Positions 13,201-28,381 of a DNA stretch of 64,000 nt are shown one piece after another. The stretch's first letter is position 1; each line of letters begins with the position of its first letter. The notes under the pieces were generated by a model. The model saw only the letters and a list, made by a program, of their open reading frames with translations. It was not told where the DNA came from and did no database searches. A program made the translations under genes and the position numbers. The stretch is from the human T2T-CHM13v2.0 reference genome, Homo sapiens. The stretch lies in NCBI RefSeq assembly GCF_009914755.1, contig NC_060934.1. The stretch is one strand, 5' to 3'.

Positions 13201-14330
13201 GTTCTATTTTTTGTTGATTTTAATCTTGGTAGGTTGCATTCGTCCAGGAATTTACTCATTTCCTCTAGGTTTTTCTGGTTTGTTAGTGTATAGTTGTTCA
13301 TAATAATCTCTGATAACCTTTTGTATTTCTGTGATATCAGTCATAATGGTTTTTTTATTTCAGATTTTGTTTATTTGGATTTTCTTTCTTTTTTGCTTGA
13401 TAGCCTAGCAAGTTGTCAATTTTGCTTATCTTTTTAAAAATCCAATTTATGTGGAGTTGATTGTATTGCGTGTTTAGTTTGTATTTTGTTTAGTTCTGCT
13501 CTGATCTTTATTATTTTTTTCCTTCCATTGATTTTGGGTTTGGTTCATTTAAAACATTACATTCTTTATTAGAATGCTTTCTACTTTTTTTGAGATAGTT
13601 TGTTGCTATAAACTTCTCTCTTAGCACTCTTTTTGCAGTATTCCATTAGTTTTGGTACATTGTGTTTCGATTTTTGTTTGTCTCAACAATTTTAAAAAAT
13701 ATCTTTCTTAATTGTTATCTTGACCCAATGGTCATTCCAGAGCATGTTGTTTAACCTCCATGTATTTGTACAGTTTGCAAAGTTTCTCATGTTTTTGAAG
13801 TCTCATTTTATTTCATTGTGGCCTGAAAACATATTTGATATGGTTTTGACTATTAAAAATTTATTGAGACTTGTTTTGTGTCCTGACATATGATCTGTCT
13901 TGGAGAATGTTTAATGTGCTTGTAAGAAAAATATGCTTCTGTCATTGTTGGATGAGGTGTTCTGTAAATGTCTGTTAGATCCATTTGGTCTAATTTGCAG
14001 TTTAAATTTAATGTTACTTAATATTCTGTGTAAGTGGTATGTCTAATGATGAAAGGGTGGTATTGAAGTTTTCAATTATTATGTGTTGAAGTCTATCTCT
14101 CTCTTTAGATCTAATAATATTTCCTTTATATATTTGAATGGTCGCTGTTAAGTGCCCGTATATTTAAAACGGTTAAATTCTCTTGCTGAATTCATTCCTT
14201 TATCATTGCATAATGTCCTTCTTTGTCTTCTTTTACTGGTTTTGAATTAAAGTCTATCTTATGTTACGTAAGTATAATTACTTCTGCATGCTTTTCGTTT
14301 CTGCTCATAAGAAACGTTTTTTCAAACCCT
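10291..14330 (-). mobile_element. L1MA-type element (3' UTR plus ORF2 with internal deletion at ~10885), interrupted by MER11
   Basis: Antisense L1 ORF2; ORF 10841..11095 gives ORF2-like 'EDTNKWKDISSSW'. Confidence 0.85.
11398..12483 (+). mobile_element. MER11 solo LTR (HERV-K11/HML-8)
   Basis: Starts cgttgtgggaagtcagggactccgaac, has the duplicated aacataaattgtgaagatttcatggacattta block, ends attgggggctggatcccctgata; 6-bp TSD tctttc at 11392-11397 and 12484-12489. Confidence 0.93.
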
Positions 14331-14334
14331 GTCC

Positions 14335-15170
14335 TAGGGATGTCAGATATTTTTAGTTATTCTTGTACTTTTCTGAAAATCGTAGCTGCCTGCCTTAAGA
14401 CTTTTTAAAATATATATTTTACCAAAAAGTGCAAGCATCAATTCATTACTACTCATGAAAACATTTCACATGTATTTATTTTTGTGGCACATCAGCATCT
14501 CTTGAGAAATCCCAAGTAGAACACACCCCCATTTCCCAATATATCATAAGACAAAAATAATTTATGGACTATATTTTTATATTAAAAATCTAATTTTATG
14601 TTACACAAATTGCTGGAATATTAATACTCTACTACAAAGAATAATACCTATAGGTGGCCAGAAATTACTGTTTTTTCTATAGCATTAAGCTAATATTGGC
14701 AGAATTATCATTTTGTATTAAGCTTTTTGGCTGCAATCACAATGTTTCCTCATTAGACTTCCTCAATCCATAAAAATTACATTTTAATTTTTCACTTAAT
14801 CCAGAAGTAAGCTCTTAATGAAACGTCCATGTGGCTAAATATTATTTGTTGCTTATACTTTATTTAATGGTTTCTATTGTCATTTTCAGGGCCAAAATCT
14901 ATGACCTGCTGGATTTCTGCCATTATGAATTAAATGACATATTGTAGACCTTAAGTTTTTCCATTTAATATACTTTGTCTGATATTTGATAATAATATAC
15001 ATTCTCTCTTTATTGGACAAAAGGCTGCCCATTTATTTATATGCTTTAATCAAGCTTTCTAATAAAGTTATATAACATTATTTATCTATATTTATTTGTT
15101 GTATGCCAAGACAGTTGATTTTTTATGAACATTTTAATATAAACTAACATAAATAAAAATGTGTGAACTT
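14335..15170. repeat. Diverged AT-rich block paralogous to 9330-10125
   Basis: Same colinear shared words as listed for 9330-10125. Confidence 0.8.
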
Positions 15171-15595
15171 TTTTTTTCCAAGGAAACTTTGGGTTGTTAA
15201 GTTTAAATTCTAAAGTATTAAGAATATAAATAATACCTTAGAATGACAACTAGCATATTGTATATGCTAAGTGCTGGCAACTCTGATTCACAAAATTGTC
15301 TTTTATTCAAACAATTCTTCAAATACAATATTATTTTGTAGTTTTATTAAAATTTATTTTTTGGCTTACCTAAAATTTGCTAAAAAATAGGAGGTAGGCA
15401 TATTCTGCCTTTATAAATTCCAAGGTGAAATGGCAGTTTCAATAATTTTCTTTAGATACAGTAACTTATTTTTATCAAACAGTAAGTAAAAGTTTTAAAC
15501 AGCAGTTATAGTCATATTCTCCATCCTATAACACAGAAAATTTTAAGTCATTCATTAATTGGGCTAAAGCCTTATTCTATATTATTACTCAAGAG

Positions 15596-15897
15596 TGTTT
15601 GTTTGTTTGTTTTGAGACAGAGTTTCACTCTTGTCTCCCAGGCTGGAGTGCAGTGGTGTGATCTCGGCTCACTACAACCTGCCCGTCCTGGGCTCAAGTG
15701 ATTATCCTGTCTCAGCCTCCTGAGTAGCTGGAATTACAGGCTTTCACCACCACACCTGGCTAATTTTGTGTGTTTGTTTTTAGTAAACACTGGGTTTCAT
15801 CATGTTGGCCGGGCTGGTCTGGAACTCCTGACCTCAGGTGATCCACCGGTCTCAGCCTCCCAAAGTGCTGGGATTACAGGGTTTAGCCACCGCCCCT
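15596..15897 (-). mobile_element. AluS (Sq/Sx-like)
   Basis: Full Alu reverse complement; ctcaggtgatccacc; flanking actc(a/c)agagt TSD-like words. Confidence 0.9.
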
Positions 15898-15919
15898 CAA
15901 CACTCCAGAGTTTTTGATG

Positions 15920-18350
15920 CCAACTGCCTAGAAAATATATTTTTATGGAATACTACAAAATAGAAATACATGTTTTGATAGGTACAAACTATAAAAGTTA
16001 ACTAAAAAATTGATTATATAAATAGACATATATGAAAAAACAAAATTTATAAATAATTATATGTTAAGAGAACATTAAAATGTTTTCACATAAAAAACTC
16101 AGTGACAAATTGCTTAAATTATAAATTACATCAACTTTTAATGAAGAATTAATACAAATTATATACCAAAACTCAGAGCAATATAAGAAAAGGTGACATT
16201 TCCCAATTCATGTTAGTTAGTATTAGCATGATAAAAACGGTATACAAAAGAATCACACATAAAAGAAAACCATGAGCCAATATTTTGTATGAATATAGAC
16301 ACATAGGTTGTCAAAAATACTAACAAATTGAATCCAACAACATATAAAAAAGATTATACATTATGACAAAGTAGGATATTTTCACAAATGCAATGTTAGC
16401 AAAATATTCAACAATTAACCAAAGTATTGCATACTACTACTTGAGTGAAGGGGAAATTATTATTTTAACAGCCATAGAAAAAGCCAAGACAAGAAATCCA
16501 ATATCCATTTGTAATAAGATTCACAGCTAGGTACTAATAGAAAGAGACATCTGAGTCCTGCTTATAGTCATCTATTAAAACCTACTGCTAACATAAATAA
16601 TAGTGAAATAATTAGAGCATTATTTATAAGTTTTGAAACAAGACAAGAATTTAAACCATTTTAATCAACATTGTACTAGAGGTATTATCCAAGAAAATTA
16701 TACTAGAAAAATAGGCAGAATTTTCCAGATTAGAAAAAAAACACAATCTTCTATTATATAATACATACTCTTCTACATAAAAATATGTGACAAATTCACT
16801 AAAAATTTAATAATCAATTAACATCACAACTACAAGACAAACATATTTACACTAAAATATTTTAAATTATAACATAAAAATCTTTTAAATAATAAAATAA
16901 ATTGAAGAAACATTGAATAAATTGAGAGCCATCCAATGTTTAAGAATAACAATATTTAGTATTTAGATTAAAATAACCAACAAATTTAGATTCAATGCAA
17001 ATTCCCAACTCTGTTTTAAAATAGAAATTGACAAACTTTTTATAAAATATGAATGTACAAAGAAAATAAAATATACACAACAAATTTGAAAAATAATTCA
17101 ATGGCTTATACTAAAAATATCAATTCTTACTACAATGTTATAGTAGATAAACAGTATAGTGCTATTATGAAGATAAATCTAAGTAGAACAGTAGAATAAA
17201 ATTGAAGGTCCATTAATAAATACATTAATATGGTAAACTTATTTTGTCAAAGATACCAATAAATTTCAATAGGAAAAAGATATTTTTGTGATTTTGGTTT
17301 AGGTAAGAACTTTAAAAAATAGAACACCAAAACCATAATCAAAAGGAAAAAACTAATGGATTGTACCTTATTGAAAATGTTTTATTCTTTAAACATTTCC
17401 ATGAAGAATACAAAACGACAAGATGTTCAATAAGAGAATAAATTTTAAATTACGTATCAGTTTAGGATGTAATATCCAGAACTTACAAAGAATTGTTACA
17501 AGTCAATAATGAAGCAATTAATCAATTTAAATGGACAAATATACATTATATAAATTTTTTTTCCAAAGAAAATATACAAATTGCCAAATTTTGTGTAAAA
17601 ATGTGTTCAGTATCCGCCATGAGAGAAATACAAATCAAATTACAATGAGATAGTAGTAAACAGCCACTAGAATGGTTATAACTGAGAGACAATCAGTGTT
17701 GAAAACATGCAGAGAATGTGGAACCCATACACATTAGAACTGGGAATGTAAATATTGCAGTCATTTTGAAATAAAAATATAATTGGCTATTCCTCAAAAT
17801 TTTGAATATATAATCAACATACAAAACATAAATTTTGCTCTCATGTATGTATGTAAAAGGAAATTTCTACAGCCATAAAAAGATTTTTATATGAATTCTC
17901 AGAGAAGCAAGATTTATGAAATGTACAAGTAGATACAACCTAATATCTATCAAATTGTAAAAGAAAAATAATACATTATCTATGCAAACATTACCACTTG
18001 ATAAGGAGAATTACATAATGATGCATGCTTCAACAGGAATGTAACAAAAATATTAAGCTAACTTAAAAAAAAGACCCAAATGACCACATCATTTATTATT
18101 CCATTTATTATAAATCTTTATAATAGGCTCATATATAGAGATGTAAAATTTACTAATTTGTGTCTAAATCTGTCATGCTAAAGGAAAGAGAATGAAAATA
18201 GAATTCATTTTTCTTTAAAAAGATGGAAATATTTTAAAGTTATATTGTAACTGATTGCATAATTTTAAACATACTAAAAAGCTAGAAAAGTTACACTTCA
18301 AACATGTGATTACCATGTCATATAAAATATATGCCAGTAAAGTTCTTTAA
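15920..18350 (+). mobile_element. Highly diverged L1M (ORF2 3' half through 3' UTR)
   Basis: A-rich sense L1 motifs (aattgaatccaacaacatataaaaaagattatac; aatacaaatcaaattacaatgagata) ending in an old L1 3' end. Confidence 0.75.
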
Positions 18351-18477
18351 AATACAAGCATGTCACCAGATGTTAAGGTTGTTCTGACTTTCAGAAGCCT
18401 GTCATGAATTGTGAAAACCAAATACATTTCTTATCCCTTTCAAGGAATAATAAAGGAAGGGGAAGAGGCAAGGTAAC

Positions 18478-20360
18478 ATGCTGAGGTTTGGGCTTCTACC
18501 CAAATAGTGAACATAGTACCTAAGAGCTAGTTTTTCAACATAATGGTAAATTTGTCTTTCCATTTGACCTTTCAGAGTTCCCAGTGTCTATTGTTTCCAT
18601 CATTATGTCTGTGTATATTTATTGTTTAGCTCCTACTTATAAGTGATAACATTTGGTATTTGATTTTCTGCTTCTGCATTAATTCACTCAGAATAATGGC
18701 CTCCAGCTGCATCCATGGTGCTGCAAATAATATAACTTCATTCTTTTACATGGCTACATAGTCTTCTGTGATGTATATCTTCTTTGTCTGATCTACTGTA
18801 ATAAGAAGATTTATTTCATGTCCTTGCTATTGCTAATAGTGTTGAAATAAACATACAAGTTCAGGTGACTTTTTGCTAGAATATATATATATATTATTAT
18901 TTTTTCCTTTGGCTAGAGTTCTCTTTTCTCCACATCCCTGCCAATATCCTTTTTTTTTGTTTTGTTTTGTTTTGTTTTTGCTTGGTTGGGACTTTTTTAC
19001 TTTTTAATAATAGTCATTCTGACTGGTGTGAGATGGTATCTCATTGTTGCTTTAATTCACATTTCTCTGTTGATTAGCGATGTTGAGCATTTTTTATGTT
19101 TGTTGGCTGCTTGTATGTCTTCTTTTTAAGAAGTGTTTATTTATGTCCTTTGACCACTTTACTGGAGTTATTTGTTATTCTGTTGATTTAAGTTCCTTAA
19201 AGATTCTAGATATTAGTCCTTTGTTGGATGCATAGTTTGTAAATATTTTCACCCATTCTGCAGGTTATGTGTTTACCCTGTTGACTGTTTCTCTTGCTGT
19301 GCAGAATTCCAATTGCCAGTTTTTGTTTTTGTTGGATTTGCTTTTGAAGTCTTAGTCATAAGCTCATTTCCTATGCCAATGTCTAGAAGAAATTTTTCTA
19401 GGTTATCTTCTAGGATTTTTGTTTTCTGAGGTCTTATATTTAAGTATCATCAATGTTGTGTTATTTTTTGTACATGGTGAGAGGTATGAGTCCAGTTTTA
19501 TTTTTCTGCATATGGCTAGCCAGTTATCCCAGAACCATTTATTGAATAGGGTGTCTTTTCTCTATTGTATATTTTTTGACTGTTGAAAAGACCAGTTGGT
19601 TGCTGATGTGTGGATATATTTGTGGGCTGTCCATTCTGTTCCAGTGATATATGTGTCCATTGTTTTTACCAGCGCCATGCTATTTTGTTTAATATGGCTT
19701 TGTAATATATTTTGAAGTCAGGTAATATGATGTCTCTGGCTTTGTTCTTTTTGCTTAATACTGCTTTGGCTATTCAGGCTCTTTTTTGATTCCAGATAAA
19801 TATTAAGATTGCTTTTGTAAAAAATTTCTGAAAATGGCATTGGTAATTTGACAGAATTGTGTTGTGTCTGCAGATTGCTTTGGGTAGTATGGAAATTTTA
19901 ATAATATTATTTCTTCCAATTCATGAGCATGAAATGTTTTCCCTCTTTCATCTGCAGTTTCTTTCATCTGTTTTTTTTTTTTTAGTTTATCTTGTAGAGA
20001 TCTTTCACCTCCTTGGTTAGATATATTTTTAGGTATTTAAATTTGCATATGTGGCTATTTTAAATTTGATTGCATCCTTGATTTGCTTATCAGCTTTTAT
20101 TTTATTAGGGTATATAAAACCTACTGAGTATTTCACATTCGTTTTGTATCTTGACACATTATTGAAGTCACTTATCATGTCTAAGAGTCTTTTGGAAGAA
20201 TCCTTAGAGTTTTCTAGGTATAGAATCATATCATCAGCAAACAGAGATAATTTGACTTCCTTTCTTCCTATTTGGATGCCTTTAATTTCTCTCCCTTGCC
20301 TAAATGCTCTGGCTAGGACTTCCATTACTATGTTGAGTAGGAGTGGTGAGAGTGAGCATG
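18478..20360 (-). mobile_element. L1PB/L1PA15-16-type 3' portion
   Basis: ORF 20029..20529 contains RT-domain 'LSPLLLNIVMEVLARAFRQGREIKGIQIGRKEVKLSLFADDMILYLEN'. Confidence 0.88.
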
Positions 20361-21568
20361 TAAGCATAACATTAATATAGGTCTTTTTGACCCTCAAGCT
20401 CTGAACAAGGAAAACATGAAGGCAAAAACAAAGATAAAATACAGTTAAAAATGCAGTGGCTGACTGAAAAATGTATGCCACAAGGAACACAGAGCACAGG
20501 CTCAATAATTTTGGGATTGTTTTTGTCATTGGTAGATTTATTTATTTATTTATTTATTTATTCACTAATTCATTCATTTAGTTGACTTTTAATCATAAAA
20601 TTGCACATGTTTTTGAGATACAGTGTGATGTTTCAAAATATATGTAAATTGCATAATAATAAAATCAGGGTAGTTAGCATATCCATCACCTCAAACCTTT
20701 ATCATTTCTTTTTGGTGGTAACTTTCAAGATTCTTTTTTCCAGGTAACTTGAAATACACAATATGTTATTATTACCTAGAGTCACCCTGATGTGAAATAG
20801 ACACAATAACTTATTCTTCCTATCTAACTATAACTTTGTACCCATTGGCCAATCTCTTCTTATCTTCTCCCTTCCCCACAACCACTGGTAACTGCCATAT
20901 CTACTCTTCTGTGAAATTCACTTTCGTAGATTTTGTAGATTTCAGATATAAGTAAGATCAAGGTATTTCTCTCTCTGCCTCTGGCTTATTTTATTTAATC
21001 CTATGTCCCTCAGATTCATCTATGTTGCCTCAAATGACAAGATTTTATTTCTTTTTATAGCTGAATAGTATTCTGCTGTGTAGATATAGCACGTTTTGTT
21101 TATCCATTTATCCATTTATTACATCTCTTCAATTTATTTGGCCATATACTCAGTGGGAGTATTTCAGGGTCATATGGTAGTTCTGTTTTTAATATTCTGA
21201 GAAATCTCCATATAATTGTGTTCTTTATCAGATATGTGTTTTGCAAATATTTTCTCTCACTCTGAATTGTCCTATTTGAATAGTGTCTTTTGCAGTGCAG
21301 TTTTATTTTTCATATAGTTCAATGTATAATTTTTTCTTTCATGGATAATTATTTTGATATATTAAAGAAGCCAATCCCAATGTAATTCAGATTCTTCCCT
21401 ATGTTATCTTCTAGGAGTTTTGTAGTTTTGCATTTTACATAGGTCTATGATCTACTTTGGGTTAATTTTTGTGAAAGTTGTAAGGTCTGTGTCAGGTTTT
21501 TTTCTTCTTTTTGCATGGGAATGTCCAGTTCTTCCAGTATCGTTTGTTGAAAAATTATCTTTTCTCGG

Positions 21569-21868
21569 GGCCGGGCCTGGTGGCTCATACCTGTAATCCC
21601 AGCACTTTGGGAGGCCGAGGTGGGCAGATCACGAGGCCAGGAGATGGAGACTATCCTGGCTAATACGGTGAAACCCCATCTCTACTAAAAATAATAAAAA
21701 AAAAAAATTAGTCAGGCATGGTGGCGGGCTCCTGTAGTCCCAGCTACAGGAGCTGAGGCTGAGGCAGGAGAATGGCGTGAACTCAGGAGGAGGAGCTTGC
21801 AGTGAGCCGAGATGGTGCCACTGCACTCCAGCCTGGGTGATAGAGTGAGAGTCCATCTCAAAAAAAAT
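21569..21868 (+). mobile_element. AluY
   Basis: Y diagnostics; TSD aaaaattatcttttctc on both sides. Confidence 0.93.
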
Positions 21869-22915
21869 GAAAAAAATTATCTTTTCTCAATTGACTTACC
21901 TTTGCTCTTTTATCAAAGAGAAGTTGAATATATTTTTTTGGGTCAACTTCTGAGCTATTTTGTTTCATTAATCTATTTCTCTATTCTTTCTTCAGTACCA
22001 CACTGTTTTGATTACTGTAGCTTAATAGTAATTCTTAAAGCTGGGTAGCATTGTTACCACAACCATGTTCTTCTTCAATATTTTGGCTATTCTGTATCTT
22101 TTGCTTTTCTATAATAACTATAAAATTAGTTTGTCAGTATTCACAGTCTAACTTGATAGAATTTTGATTGGGGTTGTATTGAATATGCATGAAGTATGGA
22201 AGTAAAGACATTCTAACACTGTTGAATCTATTTATGAATGTGAGTGATCACTCTATTAATGTAGATATTTAATTTTTAATCAAAATTTTATAGTTTTTAT
22301 ATAGATCTCATACTTATTTTGTTAGATTTGTACCTATTTTATTTGTTTGTTACTAGTGTAAATGCCATTGTGTTTTTAATTTTAGGTTCTAATTATTAAT
22401 TATAGATACAAAGAAAAGCAATTGACATTTGTATAATAATCTTGTATCCATCAAAGTTGCTATAATTGCTCATTATAATTGGTTATTCTAAGAGGTTTAT
22501 TTTGTTTTGTTATGCTTTGGGATTTTTGCATCATGTGGGATTTTTGTGTCATGGCAATCATGTCGTCTGTGAAAAAGGAGATTTTCATTTTTCCCTCCCA
22601 GTCTATGAACTTTTAATCTTCTTATTCCATTAGCTAGAGTTTATAGTATAAGCTTGTATGGGGATGGTGAGAAGAGGCATCTTTGGCTTGTTCTCGATCT
22701 TAGCAGGAAAGCATCTAGTATTTCAGCATTCAGTAGGAGACTAGATGCAAGTTTTTTTGTTGATATTCTTTATCAAATTGAGAAAGTTTCCCTTTATTCC
22801 TAGTTTATGGAGAGTTTTTATCATGAATCAGGTTTGGATTTTGTCAAATGCTTTTTTGACATTGATGTGGCTATGTGATTTTTCTTTAGATTATTAATAT
22901 AATGAACTAATTAAT

Positions 22916-23215
22916 TTGTTTTTTGAGACAGAGTCTTGCTCTGTTGCCCAGGCTGGAGTGCAGTGGTCTGATCTTGGCTCACTACAAGCTCTGCTTCCTG
23001 GGTTCATGCCATTCTCCTGCCTCAGCCTCCCAAGTAGCAGGGACTACAGGTGCCTGCCACCATGCCTGGCTAATTTTTTTTTTTTTTTTGTATTTTTAGT
23101 AGAGATGGGGTTTCACTGTGTTAGCCAGGATGGTCTTGATCTCTTGACCTCGTGATCTGCCCACCTCGGCCTCCCAAAGTGTTGGGATTACAGGTGTGAG
23201 CCACTGCGCCAGGCC
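22916..23215 (-). mobile_element. AluY
   Basis: Full Alu reverse complement with Y diagnostics. Confidence 0.9.
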
Positions 23216-23578
23216 GATTAATTGATTTTCAAATGGTGAACCAACCTTGAATGCATGTGATAATTCTCACTGGGTTGTGGTGTATAATTCTTTTTATACA
23301 TTTTTGAATTTCATTTTCTAATATTGTATTGAAACTTTTTACATCTATGTTTATGTGAGTTATTCTGTGGCTGTTTTTCTTGTAAAGTCTTGGTCTAGAT
23401 TTTGTATCATGATGATATTGGCCTCATAGTGTGAGTTTAGAAGTATTCACTCTGGTTCTATTTTCTGGAGCAGACTGTAGAGAATTGTTATAATTTCTTC
23501 CTTAAATGATTGGTAGAATTTATTAGTAATCTTGTCTGGACTTGGTACTTTCTATTTGGTAAGGTTATTGATTATTGA

Positions 23579-23878
<300 letters not shown>

Positions 23879-24512
23879 AAAATTTCTTTAATAAGTATAA
23901 TTGCTATTCAAATTATCTCTTTTTGCTTGAGTTCTGATAGGTTATTTCTTCTAAGGAGTTTTGCTATTTTATTTAGATTGTCAAATCTGTGGGCATAAAG
24001 TTGTTCATAATATTCTTTTATCATGCTTTAAGTCTTAGTGAGATCAGTAGTGATAACCCCTCTTTCATTTTTACTATTAGCATTGTGTCTTCTCAAACTA
24101 GAAGAGAAACTTTTCAAAATGGAAAAAAAATTTGACAAATTCTCAAATTTTCCATGATCTGCAACTGTAGGTACATAGTAAATACATGAAAACAGATGTT
24201 TGACAGAGCCTGCTAGGAACCTCTTTCCTGTGGCAAGATGGTATGCCTCTCAAGATGACAATCTCAGGCAGTAGAAATGTGAAAAAGAAAGAATGTGTTC
24301 TGTTCTCAGTTGGGAGCCATCATATGACTCTACCCCTCAACTGCACACAGTGATCTTAATGTGCATCTTTCTAGAAGGAAGCTGCATCTCAGGGGCTGCC
24401 ACCCAAGCCATATGGGCCAGGGAAAGACTTGAGTCTGTTATTCATTTTAACAAATTATTGTAGAAAATGGCTAGAGTTTTTTTGAATGCTATTTGTTCAC
24501 ATTTTATTATAT

Positions 24513-24848
24513 AGAGTAGTTCCTTAGTATTCCTGGCAACTTGATTCCAGGACTCATTTCGGATATGAAAATCCATGCATGCAAAAGTCCCTTATATAAA
24601 ATGGTATGGTATTTACATATAATCTATGCTCTACACATTCTCTCATATACTTTAATCACTAGATCACTTATAGTACCTAATACAATGTAAATGCTATCTA
24701 AATAGTTGTTATATTGTATTGATTAGGGAATAATGACAAGAAAAAAATGTGTACATGTTTATTATAGATACTTTTTATAAAAACATTTTTGATTGACAGT
24801 TGTTTGAATCCAGGGTTGTGGAACCCATGGATGAGGAGGGCCAACTTC
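24513..24848 (+). mobile_element. MER2 (TcMar-Tigger non-autonomous DNA transposon)
   Basis: ttgattccaggac...aaaatccatg...aagtcccttatataaaatgg...cctaatacaatgtaaatgcta...ggaacccatggat...gagggccaact. Confidence 0.85.
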
Positions 24849-25639
24849 ACCCATTTTTGGGGTCACAAATGTGTGTTCTTCCTATGTTGGTAAATTGAAA
24901 GTCATTTTACATATTGGTTCAACTATTTCTTCTCTGACACTTTCAAAAAACTTGAAAGAATCAGAACAAGAACTGCGAAAGGGAAGGGATGCTGATTGAG
25001 AGTTGGAAGGTTGCACATTTTCACAGAATTGTAGAATAAAATTGTAGCAAACATACTGGTAGAAAATTTTCTGCAACTGTCCTCAAACAGAGCAGTGATT
25101 GGTAGGGCAGGAAAGAGAAAGGTGGAATAGATTATAAATTAATTGGAGAAGAAAAAGATAAATCTTAGTACTAATTTGGCAACCCATTTCAAGCAAGGAA
25201 AATGTAGATGTTGTATCCCTGCTTTTTCTGAATAATTTTATTACCCTATGCAATAGGAGCTGTTATCACTGCAGAACCAAGGTCACCTGTGGAAGCTCCT
25301 TGCTGAAGCCAGTTTTCTATCAGATCATCCATCAGGCCTAGCAGGTACTGCTCTGAAATAAGAATGTAGCAATGACCAAAAACAACACAAATTTTACAAT
25401 CTGGTGAGGCCAAGAAATTTTTATGAAATCATCACACAATTAAATATAAATTTAAATGGCAGAAAACTCAATGTCCAGTAGAAAAATGGTAAATTTATGA
25501 CATTCTTTTGATTTAATATTATGCAGTCACTGAGTTCATTTCAAATAATTGTAAAATTTTCACAATAACAGCAGATAATTTTAAAGTATAATATAAAATT
25601 ACAGATTATAATCTTTATTTTATAAAAATAAATGCATGT

Positions 25640-25900
25640 TTAGCCTCAAATTGTGGCTCAAATTATTACCAAGCAATAGAGGCTTGCTGCCCAATGTACT
25701 ACAAGTCAATACTATGACACGGATTTTTTTTAAAGAAGGTGTTTTTTTTTTTTTTTAAATTGATTCACAAGGCAACAGAAGTCTAGCTTAAATGCATCTT
25801 CATATGCTGGCTTTATGGTAGTAATTTTATTAGGAAAACATTCATGGGGCGGATTCTGAAATTAGTAGGTTAATTGGTAGATAGTCATTTGAGATGACTG
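25640..25900. mobile_element. Possible ERV1 LTR fragment
   Basis: ggcttgctgccc...caatactatgacac...ggggcggattctga resembles MER4-group LTR sequence. Confidence 0.35.
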
Positions 25901-28048
25901 AATTTCAAGAAACTTAAATTTTCTTTCGCTCTTTCTTAGTAATGAATGCATTCATCATATATAAATGTATCCCACGGTCTAGAAAGAAAAAGCCAATGAT
26001 AGAGAAGGTCGGAATCTTGTGTTTATTCATTAGTTGCCACGGAATGGGGCATTAAAGCAAATTAACAATATAAAAATTTTTGTGATGGGATATTTTACTC
26101 TATTTAATTTAAAATTGCTTAGATTTAAACTTTGTATTTTTTGTTTTTCTTTTATTGACACATAATGTTTTCCATATGCATGGGATACATGTAAGTATTT
26201 GTTACATGCATAGAATGTGTAATGATCAAGTCAAGGTATATAGGATATCATTTTGAATATATATCATTTCTATGTGATGAGAACATTTCAAGACCTCTCT
26301 TTCAGCTACTTCGAAATATACAAGATATTGTCAACACAAGTTACCCTAGCCTTCTACTGGGCATTAAAACTTACTTTTTTCCATGTAAGTGTGTTTTTAC
26401 CCATTCATCAGCCTCTCTTTATTTCTCCCTCCCACCCTTCCACACTTCTGGTATCTATCATTCTATCCTCTGTCTCTATGAGATCAAATTTTTAGCTCTT
26501 ATGTATGAGTTGAGAATATGTGATATTTGAATTTCTGTGCCTGGCTTATTTCACTCAACATAGTCACCTCCAGTTGCACCCATGTTGCTGCAAATGACAT
26601 AATTTCATTATTTGTTGTGGCTAAATAGTATTATTCCATTGTGTGCCTGAACCACATTTTCTGTATCCATGGCTCATTGAAGACACACTGGTTGATTTCG
26701 TGTCTTTGCTTTTTTGAATAATGCTGTGATACACATGTGAGTGCATGTATCCCTTTGATATACTGATTTAGTTTCCTTTGTGTAAATAGCCAGTAGTGGG
26801 TTTCCTAAATGATCTGAAAGTTCTATTTTTACTTTTTGGAGAAGTACCTATACTGTTTTCTATAGTGGTTTTAATAATTTACATTCCCACCAAGAGTGTA
26901 TAAGTATTATTTTTCTTCATATTCTCAACAGCATGTATTATTTTTTGTCTTTTTAATCTTAGTCATTCTAATGGGGTAAGATGATGTCTCATTGTGCTTT
27001 TGATTTGGATTTCCCAGAGGATGTTAAGCATTTTTAATTGGACCTGTTTTCCATTAATGTGTCATCATTTGAGAAATATCCATTAATGTCCTTTGACCCC
27101 CTTTTAATGAGATCTTTTTTTTATTGTTGAGATATTTGAGTTCCTTATATATTCTAAATATTGGTTGTCAGTTGAATACTTTGCAATATATTCTCCTATG
27201 CAACAGTTTGTCTCTTCACTGTTTTGATTGTTTCTTTTGCTGTGCAGAAGCGTTTTCATTTATTATAGTTTCATTTTGTCTATTTTGCTTTTAGTTGGCT
27301 GTGGCTGTGGTCTTAGCCATAAAATCTTTGCTGAGACCAAAGTTCTCATTTTTTTAAAATGTTTTCTTCTGGTAGTTTTATACTTTTAGGTCTTATGTTT
27401 AAGTCATTAATCCACCTTGGGTTAGCTTTTATGTATGGTGAGAGATATAGTTTCATTCTTTGGCATATGGATATTCAATTTTCCCGGCACCATTTATTGA
27501 AGAGGGTATATTTTCCTCAGTACACGTTCTAGCTTCTTTTGTTGAAAATCAATAGGCTATACAAACATAAGTGTATTGCTGGGTTCTCTATTTTGTCCCA
27601 TTGGTTTTTTATTACTTTCACTATTATGGTTCTTTTTTTGTTTTCATACAAATGTTAGATCTGTTTTTTTATTTCTATAAAAACGATGTTATTTTGATAG
27701 CAATTGCATTGACTCTAGATTTCTTTGGACAATGTAGTCATTTTAATGATAATAATTCTTTCTATCCATGAGCATGAGATTTCTTTACATTTGTTTGTGT
27801 CCTCTTCAATTTCTTTCATCAGTATTCCGTAGTTTTCTTTGTAAAGATTTTTCATGTCTTTGATTGAATTTACTCCTGGGTAATTTATATAGCTATCGTA
27901 AACAGGATTGCCTTCTTGCTTCATTTTTTGACTATTTATTATCAATGTAGAGAAGCACTACTGATTTTTGTATGTTGATTTTGTATTCTCCAAAGTTGCT
28001 GAATTTGTTTATGAGTTCTATTATTTTCTTTTCTATTTTTTTCATTGA

Positions 28049-28381
<333 letters not shown>

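Noticed and set aside
20029-20529. Reverse-transcriptase-like ORF (FADD motif)
   Set aside because: Fragment of a dead L1 ORF2, not an independent gene
24100-25600. Possible orphan V1R promoter with O/E-like sites
   Set aside because: Motif matches are degenerate and cannot be distinguished from chance without alignments
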